This document shows, piece after piece, positions 1-7,010 of a stretch of 64,000 nt of DNA. This DNA is from a virus: positions 32,001 through 96,000 of IMG/VR virus record IMGVR_UViG_3300024346_000017; one strand, written 5' to 3'. A model generated the notes under the pieces. That model was not told the DNA's origin and did no database searches. It saw nothing but the letters and a program-made list of their open reading frames with translations. Numbering within the stretch: the stretch's first letter is position 1; every line of letters begins with the position of its first letter. The position numbers and the translations under genes were made by a program.

Positions 1-85
1 AGATGATAAACGCCCATGATAGGGATAGATAGATAAAGTCGCCCATGTCGAACATGAAGCCGTATTCATTTAGTTCAATAGTCAT
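1..85 (-). CDS. small hypothetical protein, partial (MTIELNEYGFMFDMGDFIYLSLSWAFII...)
   Basis: ATG at 85 directly follows the stop of 86..277; frame is open to the window edge. Confidence 0.55.
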   Translation of the reverse strand, partial: MTIELNEYGFMFDMGDFIYLSLSWAFII

Positions 86-277
86 TTACTTATCTCCGAA
101 CATGTTAAAGACTTCGTCTAGTTGCTCATCTGTTAAGTGGTCAATCTGTATAGCCTTAGAGAAGCCTAATACATCATCTTCATCATTATCTAGTGCCTTA
201 TTGTATTCTTCTTCTTCATCTAGGTGAATGTATGCGTCTGATACATCTGCCTGTATAGTGTCCCATTTAGTCATCAT
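86..277 (-). CDS. small acidic hypothetical protein
   Basis: ORF track; TAATG coupling with upstream ORF 277..429. Confidence 0.7.
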   Translation of the reverse strand: MMTKWDTIQADVSDAYIHLDEEEEYNKALDNDEDDVLGFSKAIQIDHLTDEQLDEVFNMFGDK

Positions 278-429
278 TAGTTCTGTTCTACCTTTCGCAT
301 GTGTGCTACAACATTTTTAGAAACCTTTTGTAGGTCTGCTACAACCTTATTCATTTCGTCTGCGCTATTAGCGGTAAAGCCTGCGCCTAGTAGTTGAGCG
401 CCGTCCCATAGTGAGTATGTGATTGTCAT
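277..429 (-). CDS. 50-aa hypothetical protein (MTITYSLWDGAQLLG...KVEQN)
   Basis: Read manually; purine-rich RBS GAAAGAAG upstream, TAATG overlap with next gene. Confidence 0.7.
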   Translation of the reverse strand: MTITYSLWDGAQLLGAGFTANSADEMNKVVADLQKVSKNVVAHMRKVEQN

Positions 430-517
430 TGTCTGTTCTTCTTTCGTTAGTTGGTTATAGTTGGAATTATAGCGGATAGGTCGGACATTATCAAGACGAC
501 ACGCCGTAGCATGTGCC

Positions 518-694
518 CTATGCGGTGTGAGTTACCTCACACACGCACTCTATGCAATAGCAAGCCTTGCTAGAGAGTAGGTCACGCAATAGAGCCTTGC
601 GTGTGTAGGCATTTAGTCCATAGGAGGACTTTACGCCTCCGTTATGAAACTCATGGACGATAGTGGAGTATAACTCCTCGGTTAGCATAGTCAT
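518..694 (-). CDS. small hypothetical protein with Cys-rich C-terminus
   Basis: ORF track (start revised to ATG 694 after GAAAGGCGG RBS, TAATG overlap); C-terminal CYCIECVC. Confidence 0.65.
   Translation of the reverse strand: MTMLTEELYSTIVHEFHNGGVKSSYGLNAYTRKALLRDLLSSKACYCIECVCEVTHTA
526..541. promoter_or_regulatory. CRP/GlxR-type box TGTGA-N6-TCACA
   Basis: TGTGA gttacc TCACA, perfect consensus; centre 62.5 bp upstream of minus-strand -10 TATAAT (466-471). Confidence 0.65.
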
Positions 695-834
695 TATTTG
701 ACCGCCTTTCTTGAACAATTTTCTTTATGTACGAAACAAGCGTATTCGCACTCTGAGCAGATACTATCTGCAAGACGCTCACGGATTTGTGAGTAACTCT
801 CTAGAGAGTTTCTATTTTCATGGATTGAGTTCAT
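694..834 (-). CDS. 46-aa hypothetical protein, putative metal-binding (CxxC...H...C)
   Basis: Read manually: MNSIHENRNS...ICSECEYACFVHKENCSRKAVK; strong RBS AGAAAGGAG. Confidence 0.7.
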   Translation of the reverse strand: MNSIHENRNSLESYSQIRERLADSICSECEYACFVHKENCSRKAVK

Positions 835-942
835 TTGAACTCCTTTCTTGTTAATCACCTTGATTAACTTTCTTTATACTTTAAGCATAACAGGGGGGAC
901 TGACAAATAGAGCCATTACTGACCAGTATTAAAATAAATCTT

Positions 943-958
943 TGTGATGCTCATCACA
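943..958. promoter_or_regulatory. CRP/GlxR-type box TGTGA-N6-TCACA
   Basis: TGTGA tgctca TCACA; centre 61.5 bp upstream of minus-strand -10 TATGCT (884-889). Confidence 0.65.
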
Positions 959-1105
959 TTCACGCTCAAGGTCATTTATCTATGTGCGGACTATGCAGAC
1001 AAAACGGACATTTCAAATACGTGTATCGTACATATTAAAAATTTATTAACATTTTATGAAATCTCAAATCGCAGTTGACTAAATTTATAATGCTATACTT
1101 TTAAC

Positions 1106-1708
1106 ATGAGAAGTAAAAAAATTCTAGTTAATGCTTCTCCAGGATCTGGAAATACTTTTTGCAAAACACTTATAGCTGAAAATCTTGGTGTTACGGTTAT
1201 TTGGCAAAATCATGAAGTAGGTGCTTTTCGAGAATGGCCAGACGCTGTATTTATATTAAGAGATCCATACGATGCAATTGCTTCTGCGTGTGAAATTATT
1301 ATTCACAATTTATCAGATAAAGATTTTGAGTATTATCAAGCCAATAAAGAATCTAGGCTAAATCATAAAATTATAGAGAACATAAGAAATTATGAACTTA
1401 TGTTAAACGCATTAGATGAATTTCCTTTAATAAAGGCAGTCACTTTTGAATTTTTAACTAATCAGCCAGAAGAATTTTTAATTTCTATTGCTAAGCGATT
1501 TGATCTTAAATTTTTGCAAGAAAGACAGCCCGCATATGAAATATTGCGGCGAATGAAAAGTCAAAGCGAGTCTAGGGCTCCTAGAGGTAAAACAGCAGAA
1601 CGTAAAGAAATAGACAGAATAGTTAGAAACAACGAAAATATGCCACTGCTATATGAAAAATATTTAAAGTTGAAGGAAATAATACAGTCAACTGAAAATT
1701 CCGTATAA
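1106..1708 (+). CDS. sulfotransferase-like protein
   Basis: 5'-PSB-like loop ILVNASPGSGNTF, 3'-PB-like ILRDPYDAIAS, later VTFEFL motif. Confidence 0.6.
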   Translation: MRSKKILVNASPGSGNTFCKTLIAENLGVTVIWQNHEVGAFREWPDAVFILRDPYDAIASACEIIIHNLSDKDFEYYQANKESRLNHKIIENIRNYELMLNALDEFPLIKAVTFEFLTNQPEEFLISIAKRFDLKFLQERQPAYEILRRMKSQSESRAPRGKTAERKEIDRIVRNNENMPLLYEKYLKLKEIIQSTENSV

Positions 1709-1731
1709 TAGATTGTGATATAATTTATATT

Positions 1732-2382
1732 ATGTATGAGCAAATTAAAGATGAAAAGCTGTCAATTCCAGAAAATATTACTAATCTGGTATTAGAAGCT
1801 AAATTAAAAAATTTGCCATTTGCAGTATTAAAAGGCGGGGTCAAAAATATCTTCAGCAAAGAAGACTTTGATAAATATAATGAACATATAAAAAATGACT
1901 TCTATTCTCAAACTTACAAATCTAGGGCGGTCATAGAGGAAGAAGATTTAAAATTTTTTCCAATGTGGTATCAGATTCAAAAAGCTTTAATTAAAATTTA
2001 CGGGAACCCTACTAAACCATACAATAGTATTATGCAAACAGGTGAGTATGCAATTGACAAGGTTCACGCTAGTTTACATCGTGATAGATCTGATGTCGTA
2101 CATTTGTGTTGCTACGGTACAGTTGAATGGCTACTTGTTGATGTAGAGAAAAAAGAAGAGCATCGAATAACAATGGAGCCTGGTGATGTTCTATATATGA
2201 GAGGCTATACTTTGCACGAGACTGTGCCTTTATCTGTTAGAGGCTCTTTAGTGTTTATGAACTTGCCGCTAGAGGAATTTCCAGAAATAGACCCACAAAC
2301 TTTTAAAACTGAAGAAGATCTAGAAGAATTTAAAAGAAAACAACGACTAGAGTTTTTAGATGATCTGGAAAAAGGAATTTAA
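1732..2382 (+). CDS. cupin/JmjC-like metalloenzyme
   Basis: HRD...VVH...W...MEPGDVLYMRGYTLHET double-stranded beta-helix signature with HxD...H triad. Confidence 0.7.
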   Translation: MYEQIKDEKLSIPENITNLVLEAKLKNLPFAVLKGGVKNIFSKEDFDKYNEHIKNDFYSQTYKSRAVIEEEDLKFFPMWYQIQKALIKIYGNPTKPYNSIMQTGEYAIDKVHASLHRDRSDVVHLCCYGTVEWLLVDVEKKEEHRITMEPGDVLYMRGYTLHETVPLSVRGSLVFMNLPLEEFPEIDPQTFKTEEDLEEFKRKQRLEFLDDLEKGI

Positions 2383-2429
2383 TATTTATTTACTATTACA
2401 GTCAACTAGAACTATGCTATAATAGATAT

Positions 2430-2549
2430 ATGAAATGTGATTTTTGCGAAAACCCAAAGTACGTGGAGCGTATTAATGCTAAAGGCGTACTAGAAAATTT
2501 TTGTACAAAATGCATCGAAAAATTAGTGGCGGGAAACCGAATACGCTAG
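2430..2549 (+). CDS. 39-aa zinc-ribbon protein
   Basis: Read manually: MKCDFC...FCTKC; ATG 6 nt after TGCTATAAT. Confidence 0.65.
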   Translation: MKCDFCENPKYVERINAKGVLENFCTKCIEKLVAGNRIR

Positions 2550-2555
2550 TCCCTA

Positions 2556-2630
2556 GGGGATATAGCTTAATCTGGTTAAAGCACTTGTCTTATATACAAT
2601 AGATTCTGGGTTCAAATCCCAGTATCCCTA
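2556..2630 (+). tRNA. tRNA-Ile, anticodon UAU
   Basis: Acceptor GGGGATA/TATCCCT, D arm GCTT..AAGC, anticodon arm CTTGT-CTTATAT-ACAAT, T arm CTGGG-TTCAAAT-CCCAG; no encoded CCA. Confidence 0.88.
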
Positions 2631-2656
2631 CAAATGACGGGTAGTATAATTAAAGT

Positions 2657-3268
2657 ATGAGTAACATAGTAATTTCAGCTCCAGCAGGATCAGGTATGAC
2701 TTATGCGACACTGCTTCTTAAGCTTGCATATAATAATCAAGCAGAGGGCTGCGGGCATGAAAGATTTGAGATAGAAAATTCAGGACCTCAGATAGTAATT
2801 TTAAGAAATCCCTATGATACCGTAGCATCAGGTGCGGAAAGATGGGTAAAGGGATCTGGACATAGCAATTTTGAAATTCAAGGACAAGCAATAGATTCAA
2901 CAGATTTAGAAGGAATGAAAAATAATATTAGAAATGAAGAAGCGAGATATCTTACTTTTTTTAAAGACATAGAGTCTTTAGATCATATTAAAATTTTAAG
3001 TTTTGAGTTGTTAACACAAAATACTAAAAAATTTATTCAAGAAGCTGGTTCACATTTTGGCTACACATACGATGGTGATGAAGAATTAGAAGCTAAAACA
3101 TTTAATGAATTAAAAATACATGGATATGAAAATAGAGCACCACGTGAAAAATTTCCTGCTCGTCAAACAATTGAAGACATTATGGCAAAGAAATATAATA
3201 AAGAAACTTGGGAATCTTGGAAAATTTATTCTGAACTAAAAGCAAAACTAGACGAAAAAGGTTTATAA
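2657..3268 (+). CDS. sulfotransferase-like protein (paralog of 1106..1708)
   Basis: IVISAPAGSGMTY, ILRNPYDTVAS, LSFELL, RAPR motifs shared with 1106..1708. Confidence 0.6.
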   Translation: MSNIVISAPAGSGMTYATLLLKLAYNNQAEGCGHERFEIENSGPQIVILRNPYDTVASGAERWVKGSGHSNFEIQGQAIDSTDLEGMKNNIRNEEARYLTFFKDIESLDHIKILSFELLTQNTKKFIQEAGSHFGYTYDGDEELEAKTFNELKIHGYENRAPREKFPARQTIEDIMAKKYNKETWESWKIYSELKAKLDEKGL

Positions 3269-3269
3269 A

Positions 3270-3935
3270 ATGAAAAACGTTTATATGATTAGTGATTGTC
3301 ATCTATCTAGAGCAATTGAGCACTACTATCCAGAAAAGCATGACGTGACATTTATTCCTTGGCCTAAAGCTGCTAAGAAGATGTTTGGGTTTAGTGTTGA
3401 ACAAATGCGGGAGGAAGATGAGATGTCTTCTGGAGTTGAAATTGCTAGAACTGTAGATCATAGGCCACAACCATTCTCAATTATTAAAGATGATGGTATA
3501 TTAGCTCTATGGATGGGATATGTCGACACTAGAACATTCTTGCCTCATTATAAAAATGCAGACAAGGTAGTCAAAAAATTTATCGACAATATAAAGTTAA
3601 ACTTTCCTAATTCTCGTGTTGTGATTATAGAGCCATTGCCTCAGTTTACTGAGATGCTGCTAAAGCATGAAGGAATTAGTCCTTACTACACACATGAGCA
3701 GAGAATAGATCAGAATAGAGAGTTCTTGGCTGCATTACACAAGCATGCAGGTGAAGCGGGATTCGAAATAATTATTACTCAGGAAGATATACTAGATGCA
3801 TTAGGAGTTCCTGAACTAACTCCATCCATGACACATACAGATGCTCCACATCCAGTAGATGGATTAAAGCCTGAGCATATGGCAAAGATCTGGAAGTTAT
3901 TTTCAGATAAACTTAGTATTATTGCAGTTGACTAG
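3270..3935 (+). CDS. SGNH/GDSL-hydrolase-like protein with degenerate catalytic motifs
   Basis: VYMISDCH (cf. GDSH), WMGYVD, IIEPLP, DGLKP (cf. DGxHP). Confidence 0.45.
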   Translation: MKNVYMISDCHLSRAIEHYYPEKHDVTFIPWPKAAKKMFGFSVEQMREEDEMSSGVEIARTVDHRPQPFSIIKDDGILALWMGYVDTRTFLPHYKNADKVVKKFIDNIKLNFPNSRVVIIEPLPQFTEMLLKHEGISPYYTHEQRIDQNREFLAALHKHAGEAGFEIIITQEDILDALGVPELTPSMTHTDAPHPVDGLKPEHMAKIWKLFSDKLSIIAVD

Positions 3936-3942
3936 GATATAT

Positions 3943-4071
3943 ATGAAGAAGATTTATGCAGGGATATTTCTAATTGCGACAGCAATCCTTACAGGAGCTA
4001 TGTTGTCTTCATTTTTAAAATGGGCGGGGGATAAAGAGATCTTTGATCTTGATGACGAATATGACCTATAA
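3943..4071 (+). CDS. 42-aa single-TM membrane peptide
   Basis: Read manually: MKKIYAGIFLIATAILTGAMLSSFLKW then acidic tail. Confidence 0.6.
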   Translation: MKKIYAGIFLIATAILTGAMLSSFLKWAGDKEIFDLDDEYDL

Positions 4072-4159
4072 GAAGTGGAAAGTATATATCTATCTAATTA
4101 GATTCTCCATGACTCTTATCAGTCTATTTCTCGTCTTACTTGCTTCTGGGAAAATTTAG
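4061..4159 (+). CDS. 32-aa hydrophobic peptide
   Basis: Read manually: MTYKKWKVYIYLIRFSMTLISLFLVLLASGKI; overlaps previous ORF. Confidence 0.45.
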   Translation: MTYKKWKVYIYLIRFSMTLISLFLVLLASGKI

Positions 4160-4287
4160 AATAATCACGTAAAGGCTTTTATTGGCCCCTCCCGTCCTTG
4201 GGTAGGCAAATAGCCTAGTAAAGGCTTAGAGAGCCTCTAGGGGCTTTATATGGGGTATATCAGGAAGTTGCTGCAGTTCAGATAATA

Positions 4288-4303
4288 TGTTTCACGTGGA
4301 ACA
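4288..4303. promoter_or_regulatory. parS-like palindrome (ParB/Spo0J binding site)
   Basis: TGTTTCACGTGGAACA; reverse complement TGTTCCACGTGAAACA matches the chromosomal parS consensus; intergenic. Confidence 0.75.
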
Positions 4304-4366
4304 ATATATTACAGTTGACTAGAATGTTCTTCTCTCGCGGCGCACTTTTTTCGCACTATATGGCGA

Positions 4367-5215
4367 TTAATGTTCTTTAAATTCTCCCATGAATGCTTCA
4401 GAAAGCTCTTCGCCTTCTAATCCAGAAGCCTGGTACTTATTTATAAGATCTCTAGTAAATTGTGGATTTTCTTTTAGCGGTCTCATCCATGAACCAATAA
4501 ACTCTTTAAGGTCCTGAGTGTCTTTGTTTTTAATCTGCTCGTAATATTCTGGAGTCTTGTAGTTATAAAATGTTCCTGGGTTATCTTCTGCTTTTAGCAC
4601 AAAGTTTGAGAAAGCATATCTTCTTCCAGAAGTAACTGGCATTACTCCATGAGCATGTGGATTAAAAGCACCGTGTATAACAAGGTCGCCTCTTTCTGGC
4701 TTTATTGTCAGGGCATCTTCCCTTGCAACTGCATCGCTTTTATTTCCATCTTTATCAATGTTTACATAAAAAATTTCTCCGCCTTCAAAATCTCCAAAAT
4801 ATGCTACTAGGCCATAATCAAGCTCGCAGCATGTTTTCCATACATCTACCTGTGATAGTCTATGGCATTCTCCCTTTCCAGGAGAGTCGGAATGAGTAAA
4901 CATTCCCTCATTCATCTCTGGAACAATAACAAGAACATTTGCTTGTGGGTGCATTACATACTCTGGGTATAGCAATTCGCTGCCCTTTTCCCAAAGTGCA
5001 TGTAATTCCTTAAGTGGAGGGCTAACTTTGTTTGCATACCAGTTTATAAGAGTATCAGTATAGTTTCCGCTAAGATCATAATCTTTTAATGCATCTTCTA
5101 CCGTCTTGCACTCTTCGTCTGTATAAAATCCCTTGAATAGAAACACTCCGCTTGGAGTTCCATAATCATCTGGGAAAAATGATGCCCTGGTGCAATCTTC
5201 TCTGTCATAAAACAT
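4367..5215 (-). CDS. 2OG-Fe(II) oxygenase, prolyl 4-hydroxylase-like
   Basis: HSD...DFEGGEIF...KPERGDLVI...HGV...GRRY. Confidence 0.85.
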   Translation of the reverse strand: MFYDREDCTRASFFPDDYGTPSGVFLFKGFYTDEECKTVEDALKDYDLSGNYTDTLINWYANKVSPPLKELHALWEKGSELLYPEYVMHPQANVLVIVPEMNEGMFTHSDSPGKGECHRLSQVDVWKTCCELDYGLVAYFGDFEGGEIFYVNIDKDGNKSDAVAREDALTIKPERGDLVIHGAFNPHAHGVMPVTSGRRYAFSNFVLKAEDNPGTFYNYKTPEYYEQIKNKDTQDLKEFIGSWMRPLKENPQFTRDLINKYQASGLEGEELSEAFMGEFKEH

Positions 5216-5349
5216 TATTTTTTACCAACCCTCTTGAGTAGTTTTTCTAAAATTGATTCTTTTTTATGGTGTTTTTTAATTTTACAAGTTCCATCGCAGT
5301 TGTGGTTAAACTGTGGACTAGTCATAAACTTTGCAAAGTGATGTGCCAT
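5215..5349 (-). CDS. 44-aa basic His/Cys-containing peptide
   Basis: Read manually: MAHHFAKFMTSPQFNHNCDGTCKIKKHH...; TAATG coupled to the oxygenase. Confidence 0.55.
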   Translation of the reverse strand: MAHHFAKFMTSPQFNHNCDGTCKIKKHHKKESILEKLLKRVGKK

Positions 5350-5365
5350 AGTAATTATATTATAT

Positions 5366-5447
5366 CATGCAAAACCCCTACGGAGGCGGATCCGTAGGGG
5401 GTTTGTGCATTTTCATGCATACGCCAGGATTGACTCAACTAGCGTAA
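5366..5447 (-). ncRNA. candidate ~80-nt structured small RNA
   Basis: Promoter TTGATT-N17-TATTAT directly upstream; three consecutive hairpins (TACGCTAG/CTGGCGTA; TGCAT-GAAA-ATGCA; CCCCTACGGA/TCCGTAGGGG followed by TTTT). Confidence 0.45.
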
Positions 5448-5482
5448 CTCTATAATAGTATATATGTTATTAAAAATCAATA

Positions 5483-5665
5483 CTAAAATATGTTTTTCTC
5501 AAACATTTTTTCTACGACCTGAGCTAGCAAAAAGTTTACAGATGCCGAGTATTCTTCATTTTTAAGATTTGCTTCTTCTTCAGACATTCCGCTATTCATC
5601 ATAGCCATTTTGTTTGCATTTTCAAACTCGGCAACCATAAACAAAAATATTTGCTCTTTATTCAT
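5483..5665 (-). CDS. hypothetical protein
   Basis: ORF track, RBS GGAG, overlapping operon. Confidence 0.7.
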   Translation of the reverse strand: MNKEQIFLFMVAEFENANKMAMMNSGMSEEEANLKNEEYSASVNFLLAQVVEKMFEKNIF

Positions 5666-5900
5666 TTTCTTCTCCTGGGTTAAAAGACGGAACTGGACCT
5701 AATAGATATCCCGCCTCGTGGTACTCAATCATTTTTTCAACATCTTTTGGATCTGCAACTTTGCTGGCTATAAGGCTAAGCAAGTCATATATTCTATGAA
5801 GCATTATGTAGGTAACCATTGGTAGGCTATCTTCTAAATTACTCGTTTCCGCCTTCTGGTCGTCCTGCATCAAGCCACCATATTTCTCTACCCATAGCAT
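5658..5900 (-). CDS. hypothetical protein (start uncertain)
   Basis: ORF track, in minus-strand operon. Confidence 0.65.
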   Translation of the reverse strand: MLWVEKYGGLMQDDQKAETSNLEDSLPMVTYIMLHRIYDLLSLIASKVADPKDVEKMIEYHEAGYLLGPVPSFNPGEENE

Positions 5901-5929
5901 CCGTTTCGGAAACTATGCCTGACTCAAAC

Positions 5930-6145
5930 TCAAACTCTTTTTTGTTCATCTACTAATTTTACTATATCTTCATACTTAGCTATACCCATTGTATTTTTAT
6001 AATTGCATTCTAGGCAATATAGGTATATTAAAGATTCTCCGTCGCCATTGCATAAAAGAGAGCCTTGATCCTGTGGGCATAAAAGCTTGGGAACAAGGCC
6101 CTCTTCCGAAAGTTTAATGTAAGTAGACACATACTGTATCCTCAT
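5930..6145 (-). CDS. zinc-ribbon protein
   Basis: CPQD...CLEC; RBS AAAGGAAG. Confidence 0.7.
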   Translation of the reverse strand: MRIQYVSTYIKLSEEGLVPKLLCPQDQGSLLCNGDGESLIYLYCLECNYKNTMGIAKYEDIVKLVDEQKRV

Positions 6146-6157
6146 TACACTTCCTTT

Positions 6158-6706
6158 CTAACTATTTGGGAATTTCAAATAAAATTCCTGTGCTCTTGGG
6201 GTTAGACCCTTCCAAGCTGACCAATTAATCCCGCCATTAGTCATGTGATACGCTATCTCTGCATTTATAGTTGGGTCAAATAATAGTACGTTTGACTTTA
6301 AGTTAAATTTTTCTTTACGATCTGTGCCGAGTGAACCCAACATATTGATCTGAAAAATTCCGTAGGAACTGTCTCCAGTATTCCTGTTGCCATTATATGC
6401 CATTGGTCGTCCGTTAGACTCCCTCTTAGCAATGGCCCAGGCCGTTTTAAGGCCTTTACCTTCAAAACCTACTGCCATTAAAAGATCTTTTAAATCTTCA
6501 TCTGACAGAGCCTGAGAAGGCTTATAAACAGTATTGCTGTACTTTTCTAAGGTTTCTTTCTTAAGTTGTACTTCTGTCTTTGGTTTTACTATTAGAGCTT
6601 GAGCGGCTGGTGCACCAACTGTATTCGAAAACAAAAACATTACTGCAATTGTAATCGCTGCATATTGATGAACAATATCGCTTAAGCTTTTCTTTATATT
6701 CTCCAT
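6158..6706 (-). CDS. secreted lytic transglycosylase (lysozyme-like, SLT/Rpf-type)
   Basis: AIAKRES catalytic Glu, SYGIFQIN, WSAW; N-terminal hydrophobic stretch ending AAQA (signal peptide-like); start revised from RBS spacing. Confidence 0.8.
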   Translation of the reverse strand: MENIKKSLSDIVHQYAAITIAVMFLFSNTVGAPAAQALIVKPKTEVQLKKETLEKYSNTVYKPSQALSDEDLKDLLMAVGFEGKGLKTAWAIAKRESNGRPMAYNGNRNTGDSSYGIFQINMLGSLGTDRKEKFNLKSNVLLFDPTINAEIAYHMTNGGINWSAWKGLTPRAQEFYLKFPNS

Positions 6707-6782
6707 TGGCATTTCCTCCTTTAGAGATAGCGAACTATAATCATACCATTTGAATTAAGAATATGTCAAATCATTTTTCTAT

Positions 6783-6810
6783 TGACAAAGAATATCTAAA
6801 TAGTATACTT
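6783..6810 (+). promoter_or_regulatory. sigma70-type promoter upstream of RNR
   Basis: TTGACA-N16-TATACT. Confidence 0.5.
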
Positions 6811-7010
6811 CGAATAGGGGGGTCGGGGGGTCAGCAAATCAACACAAATCAACATATATTATATATATGTATATATAGAGTATTATATATTATAGTTAAC
6901 TAAAAAACAACAACAAAAATTATTTTTCTTTTCTTTTATAAAAAAGTTTGATACACTTATACTTCACTTAAAAAATAATCAATCCGTATGGCGGAAGAAA
7001 AAGGCGACAA

